A stretch of 64,000 nt of DNA from positions 12,773,834-12,837,833 of the forward strand of contig CM082579.2 in assembly GCA_040954595.2 (NCBI GenBank), written 5' to 3'. Numbering within the stretch: position 1 is the first letter of the stretch; the number at the start of each line of letters is the position of its first letter. Below the pieces are notes generated by a model. That model made no database searches. It had not been told where the DNA came from and was given only the letters and a program-made list of their open reading frames with translations. Source of the stretch: Balanoglossus misakiensis. Its lineage: Eukaryota > Animalia > Hemichordata. A program made the position numbers and the translations under genes. This document shows, piece by piece, positions 1 to 13,473 of this stretch.

Positions 1-149
1 CACTCCTCCTGGCGTGGCCAAGGTAGTAAACTGTTTAGCATATGCGTCTAGGGGTATATCCTGTCCTTATGAATATTCATTACTAATGCGGAATAATCTC
101 GCTGTGTGCTATTAGGCTTTTAATAATGTGGTCGTTGAACTGATGACAA

Positions 150-510
150 GGCTGACAATTTCATGTAATGGTTAGCAGTTGCCTCTCTTTTCCATCCGAC
201 ATTATCCATAACATCCTGTGTACTAGCTCCCCCTAAAGCCATGGAAATGGCACACGCAGACCGTATGCTATGAGGAGTCGGACCCCTTCATCAATATTTA
301 ACTGTTGAAGATAGTCTTTTAATCTCTGATACACCACCTGAGAGGACATCGGTTTGTTATCTACCTTTCCCGTCGGGGTTGTCGGCCTAAAGAGATACCC
401 TGTACGTATATGAATACCAAAATAACTTGATAGTAAAATATATTGTTCCAAAGTGTTCACTACACATGGGCGTCTATCCTCGCACCGCTTAATACAGAGG
501 GCAGATTTCG
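150..510 (-). pseudogene. Tyrosine recombinase C-terminal fragment (DIRS/Ngaro-type YR retroelement relic), frameshifted
   Basis: ORF 233-460 (YLFRP..S..VYQRLKDYL) continues after a frameshift near 280 as TPHSIRSACAISMALGGASTQDVMDNVGWKKRGTANHY, the YR box II pattern H-x-x-R..GW..Y. Confidence 0.75.
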
Positions 511-641
511 GAAATATAAAACAAGAAGAAAACCAGTCTCATCCCCTTTGTGATACCATACCAACACTGTAACGTCACTCCTGATTTTCAACCCTAAAAA
601 CTACCGTAACGCAACGAAGTATCCCCTCCTAAAGAAACCAA

Positions 642-1483
642 ATGAAGTGTAATGACTGCGGAAGCACAAGGGGAGTACGTCTATGCCAGGGAGATCTCGA
701 GCTTTGCAGAAAATGTGAAAGAGGACGATTTGGAAGCTCAAGTCCGACCACCAAAGGTGAGAACAAAGGCAAGATGGCCGACAACGCCAACGAACCAAAC
801 CAGCTTGCAGAAATCCTCAGAAAGTTAACATCACTAGAACAGAAAATGGACAAGATACCAGCTGTTGAAAGAAAAATAAACGATCTCCAGGAATCCGTAG
901 AATTTGTGAGTAATTATTTTGAGGAATACAAACGTCAAATGCAAACAATCGAAGACGACAACAAGCATTTGAAAAACGAACTTGAAACCATGCGTAACAG
1001 ATATACCGACACTCAACGACAACTCGAGGATTTGCAGCAATACACCAGAAGAAATAATCTAGAAATACATGGAGTGCCCGAAAGACCAAATGAGGACGTT
1101 ACAGAGATAATGGTGAAAGTTGCTGAGACTATAGGTGTGCACATAACCAGGCATGACGTGGACACTGCAACCGAATTCCTTCCCAATCAGCCGAAGTAAG
1201 ATTTGTCAGAAGATCCACTAGAGATAATATTTACAGTATACGGAAAAACCTCAGAAACAAATCGATGTTTGATATGAACATTGACCAAGACAGGACAAGC
1301 AGAGTCTTCATCAATGAAAACTTGAGCCCGGTAAATAAACAACTGTTCTATAAAACCAACATGAAGAGGAAGGCGTTGCAGTGGAAATTCATATGGACAA
1401 ACAACGGGAAGATTTTCATTAGGAAGGAACAAGGAGAAAGAGCCATCGCGATCTCGTCGATGAGTGATATTGACCACCTGTAA
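642..1483 (+). pseudogene. LINE ORF1 (CR1/L2-group; Cys-rich N-terminus, coiled coil, RRM-like region, C-terminal domain), disrupted
   Basis: CNDC..C..C N-terminus, heptad coiled coil, QYTRRNNLEIHGVPE motif. The second part (1265-1483) has FINENLS and KFIWTNNGKIFIRK, typical of these ORF1s. There is a break near 1170-1265. Confidence 0.85.
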
Positions 1484-1518
1484 CTTCTCCTCAACAGAAC
1501 TATCTACTAACGGTACAC

Positions 1519-2345
1519 ATGGAACCGGACACTGAAACTTTACAAGCGCACTATCAGTGCAACGAATATTCAGTAGACCAGCTACACCCAGGTAGTAATA
1601 ATTCTCCCTTAAAAGCTAATCATTCTTCATTTTCTGTTCTCCATGTCAACGTGAGATCGATCCAAAATCACTTTGATGACATGGTTTCCTTTTTGAGTGT
1701 TTTACAGTACAACTTTCCCATTATAGCTTTGACTGAAACTTGGTTACATAATGAATTGGATTGTTCTCTGGACAAATTACCCTATTACTCACTAGTCACC
1801 TCCAATCGTAATTATTCCCAAGGTGGTGGAGCTGCTATGTACGTTCATGATTCCGTCGCATATACACCTGTCACAGCGCTTGAAATAGCTCACTGTGAGT
1901 CGTTATTCATTGAGACGAGCTCGTTGAGAAGGAAACTGATAATTGGTGTTGTCTACAGGAAGCCTAATACCTCAACCCATGATTTTCTAGAGAGTTTTGA
2001 AAGGTGCCTTGACACCATTTCTTCTATGAACAAAAAAGTATAAATCAAACGGTAATCAAATCATTTGTAAACCATGGCTGTCCAGAGGCCTTCTGAGATC
2101 AATCAAATAAAAAAAAGTTATTTTCTCGAATGAAAAAATCAAATCAGAATGTTTCCCTCACAAATGAGTACAACAATCGGTTTCGCAACAGTCTGACAAG
2201 ATGTCAGAGATTAGCCAAAAAACAGTACTATGCCATGAAGTTTAAGTCTGTTGCAGGTAATCCTCGTAAAATCTGGAAAACTGTCAACAAAATTTTCTGT
2301 AGGAACAAAAACACACATTCCTGCCCAAAACATATAAAAACAAGT
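1519..2345 (+). pseudogene. LINE ORF2 N-terminus (APE endonuclease), internally deleted and truncated before the RT
   Basis: HVNVRS, IIALTETWL, GGGAAMYV and IIGVVYRKP APE motifs. After 2043 it jumps to the linker (KPWLSRGL...AKKQYY...KIWKTVN) and homology ends near 2345. Confidence 0.85.
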
Positions 2346-2822
2346 GACCTATCGGTTATAAGAGCTCTGCCGACTTTAACAGTGTAATCTGGGCAATGAT
2401 AGTAATACCCTATAGGTTTTAATTCATAACAATTAATGGGTGAGCATGTTGTTTTGTTGTTTGTGTACATACATGTACAAAGTATTGAGCATATAATTGT
2501 TGTGATTAGCTGTTTGTGAAAGTGATTATGTGATGTTGTGAAGGGCTGAAGAAAAAGTACAAGGGACTAAAGGTTCCAATTCAATAACATTTATTAAACC
2601 TGAGAAAAAGAACAATAGTAACAGTGAACATTCAAATATTAAAACAAAATGACAAAAAACAATGATAACGATGGTAAATTAACAAACTCGACTGTACACA
2701 GTTCACACAACTGATCCGATAAGGTCCGATTTATCATGGTCACTCCACACACGGCCATGAATCAAAAACTGGGCTCTTTGTTGTTGACCGCCTTTCGTAT
2801 TTACTTTGTTAATAGGGATTAA

Positions 2823-3020
2823 GGCTGCATTTTCACATGCCCTCGTACACAACCCAAAATATTTTCGAATCCCTCCTTATGAACTGCTAAAATTTTGAAA
2901 TCCCTTCCCCCATTTTCTTTCACACAGCAAAACACATCACCTATCAAACTTGTAAAAAAGAAAAAAAACAGCACTCTCATGAATATAATCTGAAACTGAT
3001 GTTTTCCCTCATCATTTTAA
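2823..3020 (+). mobile_element. Truncated copy of the left part of the MITE at 3497-4289
   Basis: Starts taa|ggctgcatt and then aligns by eye to about 3567-3750. Confidence 0.6.
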
Positions 3021-3428
3021 TTTATTCATATATTACTTTAATTTTTAATTTATTCCTTTGTAAGTCATACGCCACCGGAATGTAGGTTACATTCCCCCCC
3101 CCCCCCCCCCCAAGCATGAATTGCTTCCTACCCCCCTGCGTACTCTGTGCCAGGCTGTTAGACCAGGCGGGGCTGGATGTCTCGATCTCCACTGTGGTGC
3201 CCTAGGGTCGGGTCATGGTAACCTGGAGGAGAGGGTAGTAGAAACAACCGGAAGAGTACAGATTTCAACTCCTGTGCTTGGAGCGCAGGTCTGACCAGTT
3301 TCCTCTGGGATAGAATATCAATTGCAAATACACCATGGGGAGCAGATATAAACAACAATGGTATCATCCTCCATGGCACATGGTATTGATTGTCCCCCAC
3401 CACAACTTTCTTTCTTTTCTTTTATGTA

Positions 3429-4965
3429 CAGTGAAACCTGTCTATTACGGACACCCCTTGGACCAGAAAATAGATAGACCGGTAACATTCTATTTAGGCT
3501 GCATTCACAAACACCTCTGGAGGGGGGGGGGGGGGGGCGGGAGAATTCAATTTTTTTTACCGTTAATTTTCACATGCCCCCCTCAACAACCCGAAATATT
3601 TTCAAATCCCCCCCTTCCGAACTGCTAAAATTTTCAAATCCCCCCCCCATTTTCTTTCACACAGCAAAACACATCACCTATCTATCTTGTAAAAAAGAAA
3701 AACAGCGCTCCCATGAAAAGAATTTGAAACTGGTGCTTCCCCTTATCAGTGGATATTAAAACTGAACATTGTTTACATTACTTAAGTATTTGTATTCTGT
3801 GTTGGCAGACATTGTAAACTGAGAAGTGAAGGGGTGGGTTTGGGAGGGGTGTCCCCCTCCTGCGTAAGAACATTTTACAAAATACAGAGCTCAAAGCAGC
3901 ATTTTAATGAACCCAAAAGCAAATTAACTCAACTTCCGGTATGTTGGGGAGGACAAATTTAACCTTTGGCGCTCAAAGTTAGCATGGGGGGGGGGAGGGG
4001 GGGGGGGGCAAGTCCCCTGACCTGGGACACTAGATAAACCAGTCAATGATTGAAAGGTGTTGATGAATGATGGGGGTGTCCCCCTCCCACATAAGAAAAA
4101 TTTGTATTATGAAGGGTTCAAAACTGCATTTTTGCGGACTCAAAATAAATATTTAGTCCTCAACGTTTTCAAGTCTCCACCTTTCAGTCCCTAAATATTA
4201 TTTCAAATCCACCTTACATACCCTCAAATTTTTCAAATCCCCCCTCAATTCTCCCGCCTCTCCCTCCAGAGGTGTTTGTGAATGCACCGTTATGGAGATG
4301 ATCCTCTGGTGTTGGGAGCTGTTAAATTAGTTACAAAGTTAACCCAATAAAACAAAATACCAGTTTTCACCCAGAATGTTCTACGTTCTCTATCTGCAAA
4401 TGTGTTGTGGGGGGGGGGGGGGCAAAAGTTTATGATATTCGTGTTTACAATTACATACGTGAACGTACTCTGGTACGATTTGTTGATTTTGACGACTGTC
4501 ATGTTGATTGTATGTCAATTTTGGCAGTTTTGGCACCTGTAGGTTTTCCAAAATGGTGTTCAAAGAGTTTGCATGGTAGACAAAATAAAAACATATGTTT
4601 AGCTGAGAAATAAAGTCATGTACATCAATAACTGCCCTAATGAAAATGATGGCCATTTTTTGAGAAATGAACAAGAGGTATGAATGCACTTGCTAGACTG
4701 TGTGAACAACGGCAAATGAGAACAAGAGGGGCAAGAAAGACAAGTTCCTGTATTCAAGTTGAAGGGGCTAACTGAAGCCTTATCTTCCCTACAACATATT
4801 TAACACTGTTACATCGTCCCAGATATGACTCAGACGGAAAAATTACGTGAGAACACTTATCGACGGTGCTGCGCCAGTGTTAATTTTCAACAGCGTTCAA
4901 ACTACAAAGCAATTAAGTGATGTGGTCTTATTTGCAAGATGAAATGTTTCTTATAGAGGTTGACA
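3429..4965 (+). mobile_element. Possible pogo/Tigger-like relic hosting the MITE
   Basis: ta|cagtgaaacctgtctattacggacacc resembles a pogo terminus. A decayed coding-like tract at 4690-4940 reads LTEALSSLQHI. The right terminus is only weakly recognisable. Confidence 0.3.
3497..4289. mobile_element. Non-autonomous PIF/Harbinger-type MITE
   Basis: TIRs ggctgcattcacaaacacctctggaggg / ccctccagaggtgtttgtgaatgcaccg, with TTA on both sides (3-bp TWA target duplication). Confidence 0.8.
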
Positions 4966-5256
4966 ATCATTGTGGATTTCAGTCATTGTGGATTTAACAC
5001 GGGTGGGCCCAAATCCTGCAGCAAAAATACCTGTAAAAGTTTATTATTGAATGTTTAAGTGGGTATAACCTTAATACATGAAACATATCAAAGATTTTTC
5101 TCAGAACGATTGAAAGAGCAAATATCATCATAGGGATTTACTCCCTGCTTCCTGAGTAAATACACATGAAAGTGTTTATATAGATCAATACGTTCATGTG
5201 GTTACAGCCTTTAAGCATAAAACTAATATCTACACAATGATAACAATGGTCCGGTT

Positions 5257-6780
5257 CTAAACGAGAGTGATACTGTTGATTGACTGGTGAAATGTAGTGT
5301 AGCTGATGTGGATTGGTATTTTGTCAAGCAGTTTCTCCTGAATTTCTTGAATAGAGTTTTCTTTTGGGTTGATATGTAGGATATGCAGCAAATCCTGGCT
5401 GGCTTTTGTTGTTAAAGGTACTGACATCTCCTGCTGGTTTTGTTTGACAAGAACAGGTAACTTGAAGGCAGATCTTGCCATTGGGCTACGGCGTTTGTAA
5501 CATATGTTACAGCTGTGAATGGAAGGAGATTAAAAATGATTGGTAAGATGCATTAGAATTACTTGTGTAGCATAATGCATAAGGAATATAAAGAGTATAA
5601 ATTTATAATAGAATATGAATGTGTTGGAAGTTCACATGTTAGAGTGTGGAGGTACTTCACCCCGACAGCCTGCCAGATTACAAGTTGTGGATTTTTCTAT
5701 GGCTCATAGGCCCGTGATATGGCCTGTGTTGACATCGTGTGGGGTATCTGAATCCTCTGACAACTCATCAGTTGTTGACTCTGGTAATGTGACCTTATGT
5801 TGAGATAACAACTGAGGTGTTGCTTGCCGGAAACTGAACAATAAAATATGAGTATTACTATAAGGTATGTGTACCATTGGTATGTGAACATTTTTTCTTG
5901 TTACACAGAAGAATTTGTGTATGAATGGAACAAAATGTGTTTGTTGTGTTAGACAGGTGTGATTATGAAAGAGTGTACTTGTATAGTATAAATGAAAGTT
6001 ACTTGTGTTAATACCTGCAAAGTTGTTGTTTTTGTAGTCGTTATTCTGTGCATGTTTCTGGATTTGCGCACAATCCGTACATATATAGCATTGTTGCAAG
6101 TGATGAGGTTAAGATCACAGAGGTTGTCCCGTAGGGTCAGCTTTTGTTGCCCACTTGTATCCACTACGACCAATGTTTGCCGATTCATAGGCTGTCCTCT
6201 CAATGAAGTCTGTTTGGTACCTTGCACCTTTGAAAAAAGAAGGCAAATTGTAAAATTAGTAAGACTGATGTTTCATCATGACATGTAAGTAGCTTTTGCA
6301 ATTGTATTAAGTTATAGTCATGTAATAGTGTTTGTTGGTGATGTTTATGAGCAATAAATGGAATTGGTATGGATGATGTTCTGTCAAAAATGTTACGTGG
6401 GGAAAAATTGCTGAAAGCGACATGGGTATCATAAATAGAAACTTGCCAGACAAGTTGTGTGTATGTACAGTAGTATGTGTGTGTAGAGAAATACAAGTGA
6501 GATAGCTTACCCTGTTTATTTTTCTAATTATGTTGTGGTATGTTGCTGGCTGTTCAAGCACCTGTAACAGTGTCGAGATACTGTCCGTTGGTGCTGAGGA
6601 CTTTATATAGAACACCATCTCCTCGTCTTCAGTACTGACATGTGGTGGTATGGTCACCTGTGTTGGGGTTGTTGAAATTATGGCAGTATTCCCAATTGCC
6701 AGACCGCCCTCGATTCTCTTAAAGTCTGTATAGCTGCCAAATGGCGCATTTTTTTCATGATTTTCCTTCCAAATTTGCAT
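5257..6780 (-). pseudogene. RPA70-like OB-fold / zinc-ribbon ssDNA-binding protein, 4 predicted exons (6780-6511, 6227-6015, 5793-5636, 5512-5257), one in-frame stop at 5704-5706
   Basis: GT-AG joins keep the frame. NIIRKINR|VQGTK..RQTLVVVDTSGQQKLTL resembles the OB-fold D-x-S/T-G-x-x-x-LTL motif. TTCNLAGC..NICNIC resembles the RPA70 DBD-C zinc ribbon. Confidence 0.6.
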
Positions 6781-6980
6781 TAATCTATATAAAAGAAATA
6801 CGCAATACGTATATGTGAACGTCTTGTCAAAATTTGTCTGTGACGGTACGTTGCAATGCGAAAAGCTTCTCGGTTAGATCAGTGCCGCACCAATCTAGTC
6901 GACCTCCAGTTGACCTCCATGGCAGAGTACACAAGATCATGGTATGCGCGCATGCGTATTTACATCTTCACAATTTCAAA
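6781..6980. promoter_or_regulatory. Candidate bidirectional promoter between the RPA-like and transposase genes
   Basis: 200-bp CpG-containing spacer between divergent ATGs. It has gcgcatgcg (NRF1-like) and aaaatggcg (YY1-like) overlapping the transposase start. Confidence 0.45.
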
Positions 6981-8046
6981 ATGGCGTGGTATCCCGGAAA
7001 GCGTGGACGCCCGGCTACCACGAGTTCCGCCAAGAAGAGAAAACAGCTGAAGAGTAATGCGCTCAAACGTAGCTGTAAAATATACATTGGAACACAGATC
7101 GGAAGATGGCGAGATTTGCAGGAGGAGACGGGACTTTCATGTCCTGATTTGGCGGCAGAGTTGATAGATAGGTAAGTAGTTTGGTTCGCAGTTTGCACTA
7201 GTATTACCGGTCGCTGTTTACCATGTCGACAGTGTCGTCGCGTACGCGTGTTACTCACTTCATTCTTTCAAACGTTCAAGAAAATTATGTTTACAGAAAA
7301 TCATTTCGTGCTGTCAAAATGTTTGGTAATACCACTCAGACTGTTTCGTGGGAAATTAAAACTAAGCTGTATCAGATATCCGGCAATCTTGTCGGAGAAC
7401 ATGGCGTAGTCAATAGTCGTATTCAAAGACAAGTTGTCTTTGTTGGGTTTGGTCAGCTGTTTGATAGATACCATGGAAATTTTAACAATCGTCTTGTCTA
7501 TCCCTTTTTTCTCAATTACAACAACACCTACCACGTAAAGTTATCACAGAACTAGTAGTAGTAAAGCGTTGGTGAGCCAAGCAGTCCCACTCATGAATGA
7601 ACCAGTGCCGAGTTCAAGTTCGAGTGGGCATTCATCTCCTGAAAGAAATGTTGAACTACAAAATAAGGATTCATCATCACCTTTGTGTGGTCACAGGTAA
7701 AGAATGATTTTCATTATTTGTAACCTATCAATGACTTGTGAAATGTAAACATTTCCCTGGGATTTTGAGTATAATTTTTGGAGTGACCATGGTGCGTGTA
7801 ATGGAACAAAAATTTGTTGTTTATTGAGTCAACACCTTTTTAAAAGAAAAGAATGAAGTTTACAATTACATATGGGAAATCTGTGCAGCTGTTAGGATAT
7901 GCAAAGCAAACTATATGCCTTTAATGATTAGGGTCATGATATGTCTTTATTAAAAGATACATGTACTACTTGTAATTACACTTATGTTTGTTTCACACCT
8001 TGATCACTTATTTCTATCTCTGAAGGAAACATATCCCCAAGCAACC

Positions 8047-8433
8047 TGTAGTAACCTCGATGTGCCGTCTCTAATGGCGCCCTAATTCACATCAAAGGTC
8101 ACAGGGTTCTATAGAGTTTGCCGTTAACTAACTGGAGCTCACCATCGCCGACGAACATTCCTTGTCAGATGTCACAGAAAACGCTGATCGGAACTTTACA
8201 CGAACATTTAATGACTGAACATACAACACTGGCACTGGATGATGCGTCGCGGTGGTTGAAGTTTCCGTAGAAAACTGGCAAAAATCCCCAGGCTAACTGT
8301 GCAAATGTCCTCACATGTGCGCCATGGAATTTTCCAGATATTTTCTAAACAAAAGCGCATGCGCTAATGTCCTCACAGCGCGAGGGCGCTAGACTAAATA
8401 TTTCAGTTTCTCTAAGAACTGGGCGTCCTTACA
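8047..8433 (-). repeat. 3' LTR of BEL-1 (387 bp)
   Basis: Direct repeat of 16963-17347. By eye it differs by one substitution and one 2-bp indel. Confidence 0.97.
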
Positions 8434-11400
8434 CCAGCCCCCAAATTGTTCATGAAAAAACATTAACAATTTTCATCCTAGCAAATTCAAAACGCCAACA
8501 TCCATATGTGCCGAAATTTCATAACAAATAGAAATTACAAAACAATATCTATAAATTGAAACGCGAAGTCGAAAAAGTTTTTCAGGAAACGCAAATACAA
8601 GAATCCTTTTCTTCATGAATGTGATGATACATCCTAGACCATGCCCAGACCTCGTCCGGTCAGTCATGCTGCCAAGCATGATATCCAACACATCTGTACT
8701 TCAAAGATGAGATCAAACGCTGGACGTAGTGGATTGACTGGCCACTACTTGAGATCGTTGTTATTACAGCTGCTGGTAACTGCAACCATACCAATACCAC
8801 TAAGTCTGTGCTTCCAACAATGTGCACAACTTATCATATGGTCTTTCTAAAACATTGGATCTGGTCTTCACCAATACCCGTCGCACCACCCCTTTCCGAT
8901 CAGGCATAACTTTGATGATTACACCCAAAGGCCAAGCATTTCTGGAGGTGTTCTCATCCTTCACCAATACCACGTCCCCAACGTGTAAGTTTTTCTTGAC
9001 TTTCAACCATTTTTGCCTTTCTTGCAGAGAAGGTAAGTATTCCTTCGTCCATCTTTTCCAGAACAAATCTGACAGATACTGAACTTGCTTCCATCTATGT
9101 ACAGCATACAAGTCCTTCTTCTCCGTCACACCAGGGGGTGTTGCTGCTCCCTTCATAGTAAGCAACATACTGGGTGTCAATGCTTTTAAGTCTCTAGCGT
9201 CGTCCGACGATACTGTAATCGGGCGGCTATTAATAGTATGCTCCACTTCACACAGGAAAGTCTGTAGACTATCATCTGTCAGCTGTTGCTGCCTAACTAT
9301 GACGTTCAGCAACTGTCTGATAGTGCGAATTTGTCTTTCCCATACTCCACCAAAATGGGATCCATAGGGCGGGTTAAACTTCCATTCTTTGCCTGGTTCC
9401 ATTTCTCGAGCTCTTCCTTCAACACTCTATTCGCTCCTACAAAATTGGTACCATTATCAGATCTCATGGACTTCACTGGTCCCCTCCTGGATATAAATCT
9501 ATCTCCTCAACGCATTTATGAAAGAATCCGTACTAAGTGATTCCGCCATCTCTATGTGGACAGCGCGTATGGCTAAGCAAGTAAATATCACGCCATATCG
9601 CTTTACTGTACTCCTTTTCATCTTTACTTCGATAGGACCAAAGTAATCAACGCCAACATTGGTAAATGGTGGTTCATTCGACTGCAAATGATCAGCAGGC
9701 AAGTCTGCCATCTTCTGTTCACACAGTCTGGCTCGCTGACGTCTACAAGTTACACATTTACTGACCATATTTCTAGCTGCCGAGTTCGCACCTGGGATCC
9801 AATATTTCTCGCGTAACCTTGACAGGATGTAGGCTCGTCCAAAGTGTTGCCCTCGTTCATGTATTTCACGCAACAGCAACTCTGCAACATGCAAACACTT
9901 TGGTAAAATCGCGGGGTGCTTTGCTTCTTCTGCTACTGCGGACAAACTCAGACGTCCTCCTACGCGTAACAAACCATCTGCCCCCATGACAGGGTCCAGC
10001 CTATAGATGTTACTATTTCTTCGTGTCTTCTTATCAGTATAGTCATCCACTGACAAACTGTCAACGTCTCTGGGAAACGCTTGGCGTTGTACAAACTTGA
10101 CGATTGCAGTCTCTGCCGCATTCATGTCTTCCACTGTAATTTCATGCGGTCCATCTGTACGACGATTTTTGTTCTTGGCACATCTCAACAATGTGTCACC
10201 CACTTTGCGTATCCAGGCCACTGCTTTCTTCAGTTTATACCAACTGGAGTAGTGGTCTATCAATTTCTGAACCGTCTCCTCCGCATTAACGGACATGGAT
10301 CGATCCGCCCCTTTGTCAGGCGTCTGTCGTTCTCCCGAAACAACAGGTACTGTTCCCAACACAACGGGTACAGTTTCTTCTTCCGATCTCAAAGATATTC
10401 TATGCACTAGTGCAGATTTCTTCACCTCTGGATCTTCTGGATCTAGCTGTGTATTGTAGCTATCACTTGGCCAGTTGTCTTGTGTCTTCCGCAAGAAATC
10501 AGGACCACCTATCCATCTTTCGTTCTTCAGAAAAGCATCTATTTTCTGACCTCTAGAGCACTCATCTGCCGGGTTGTCACTGGTATTAATGTAGCGCCAG
10601 TTCGCTGGGATTGATCCTCCTCGAATCACTGCTAGTCTATTCGCCACGAAGGTATGAAATCTTGTGGTTTCGTTGTTTATGTACCGCAGCACGGTTTTGC
10701 TATCCGTCCAAAACACGGATTTATTGATTGGCAAATCCATCTCCTTTCTGAGAAGTTTGTCAAGCCTCACTGCTACAGTAGCTGCAGTTAATTCCATTCA
10801 TGGAATCGATATTTGCTTCAATGGAGCCACTCTTGCTTTGGCCATCATCAAAGTGCTGTGGATGTTTCCGCTTTTGTCGATCAACCTAAGATACGATACA
10901 GCGCCATAACCATTTTCGCTGGCATCAGCAAAGTGATGTAGCTGAGCTGTGTCTACTTCACCAAAGTGCTCGGGCTTTATACATCTGGGTACTGCGAAAC
11001 ACTCTTCTAATTTTGGTAGATCACTCAACCAATTCTCCCACACTTTGCGTTGTTTTCCAGGAATATCATCATCCCAGCCTAGTTTTGCTTTACACAACTG
11101 CTGCAAAAGCATCTTGGGTGGCAGAAGCGCTGGTGCTGCCATGCCCAGTGGGTCATATAATGAACTAACCACTCCCAGAATTCCTCGTCTGGTCGCTGGT
11201 TCCTCTTTAGTACGATTTCTGAATCCGAATTCATCAGATTCCACGTTCCACTGCATACCGAGTGCATGCTCCGTGGGCAAGTCATCTTGCTCCAAGTCTA
11301 AGTTCTTCACCTCTGTCGCCCTTTGTTCTTCAGGTATTGCTTCCAAAACTGGACGTGCATTGCTGATCCACTTTGTGAGCTTGAACCCTGATTTCTTACA

Positions 11401-13473
11401 GGTGTCTGTCAGCCCTTCAGCCAAAGTCTTTCCTTCCATCACTGTTGATGCTGCCTTCAACATATCATCAACGTAGAAGTTTCTAGATATGGTGTTCTTG
11501 ACACTCAGATCAAAAGTATTGTCTGAAGCTTTCTTCAACGCGAAGTTTGCACAACTGGGTGACGATGTAGCCCCGGAAATGTGCACTGTCATTCGGTACT
11601 CGACAGGAGGTTCCTCTACATTACCATTAGGCCACCACAGAAAACGCTGGAAATCTCGGTTTTCTTGCGACACGCCAACTTGAGAGAACATAGCCTCTAT
11701 ATCTGACATCAGTGCTATCCACTCTTCACGAAAACGTATAAGCACTCCTACAAGTGAACTGGTCAGATCCGGTCCTTGCATCAACTCCTTGTTCAAAGAA
11801 GTTCCCTTGTATTCTGCACCACAGTCGAAGACTACCCGGATTTTCTGTTTCTGTGGATGGTATACTCCATGATGGGGAAGATACCATTCTTTCCAGGAAT
11901 GCCTTCCAATTCTTCCTGTGGCACCCTTTCAGCATAGCCTTTGTCTATAATACTTTCCATGAAGGTAGAATATTCTTGACGATAGTCATCGATGTTTCTA
12001 AATTTCTTTCCCAACTGAGAAAGCCGATATTCTACTGCCACTTTGTTGTTTGGCATCTTAACACCGTCATCACGAAACGGTAATGGCACCTGATAATGAC
12101 CATCAACAAACTGCGTTTGTTCGTACGCAATCTTCATGAACTTTCTATCTTCAACCGAATCTTCGGGTTTGTCATCTATGATACGCTCGCTGAACTCGTG
12201 ATTGAAGAGGTTGATTAACTGCTGATCAATCGCCGGTCCAACTTGTATTCTACAAACTGTTGCGGCAGTTTCATTTTCTGACACGTCAGCCTCCGTAAGG
12301 AAACCATTTACGAACCAGCCTAAACGGGTACGTACAGCAAATGGTCCATCTCCATTACTGTTTATCACTTCCCATGGTTCAAATGCTTCAGGAACGTTAC
12401 CACCGATGAGTAGGCCGCATCTATCTCAGGCAGGCGTACCTTACGCAAATAAGGATACTTGCCAATGTCATCTTGCGTAACGATGAGATCTTTCGAAGCA
12501 GGAATTTTCTCTTGCGTATATGTAGCTGGAAGTTTGATGATGTAATGCTCATCAAGATCTGAAACTTCTTGACCCTTGATAACACGACTATCAGCTGATT
12601 TACTTCCAGTGATAGTGTTCAGCATAATCTTTGTTTTCTTACCACCGACGTTCAGTTGTCGACGAAGTGTTTCCGTACAGAATACTGTGTCACTGCCGTT
12701 GTCAATAAAGGCGTACGTTTGTACACTAAGACCACTCGATCTACATTTGACCTTGACGGGAATAATCACGGGTTTATATGCACACTCTCCATTCCCCGCA
12801 GATCCACATGATGCGTCAATCATCCCCACATTCGTTAACACAGGTTTTCCAGACTGGTCTTTGGTTTTGTTGAAGTGCAACACGGTCAGATGCATCTTGC
12901 CACATTTTCCACAAGTCAACTTGCTTGTACAGTCTTTCACCATATGTTTTCCATTTTTCAGGCAACCAAAACATAACCCTTTCGTTTTTATGAGCCGTTT
13001 TTTGTCATAGTAAGCCTTGGAGGCAAACACTTGCAAGTCTTGAATTACATGTGTACTGTCTGCACAACACAAACACGGAGTAACAGTCTCTGTGCTGACT
13101 GTGTAGGTGTTGCGTCTTTGTGTACCACTAGTTGCTTTCTTGATGTTCTTTGCTTCCTTGTCCTTGGATGGAATGCCGGCGAGGTTACCAAACACCTCTT
13201 GGGACATTATCTTGGCTTCCCTGTTGACAAATTCCACAAGATCTTTGAACAGCACTGATCGTTGTTGTACGATGCTGTATGTTCTGCTGCGCCATCGGTC
13301 TCTCAACTTGAAAGGCAGTTTGTAAACCAACATTTGCAAGATTTTGTAGTGGTTGAGCTCTCTCAGATGTGATTCACCTTTCATAGCATTTTCACATTTG
13401 GTCAAGAAAAGAGCGAAATCTTTCAAGGCAGTCTTATCCTCGGATTTCAATTCCGGCCAATCTTCTGCTTGCT

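Noticed and set aside
3083-4422. Long poly-C and poly-G tracts as G-quadruplex signals
   Set aside because: Such homopolymers are typical of these MITEs and of uncertain length in assemblies. I have no evidence of function.
4700-5256. Search for the Kolobok left terminus (TTAA|AGGGACGAAG)
   Set aside because: Several TTAA sites are present, but none is followed by a match to the right end, so no boundary is called.
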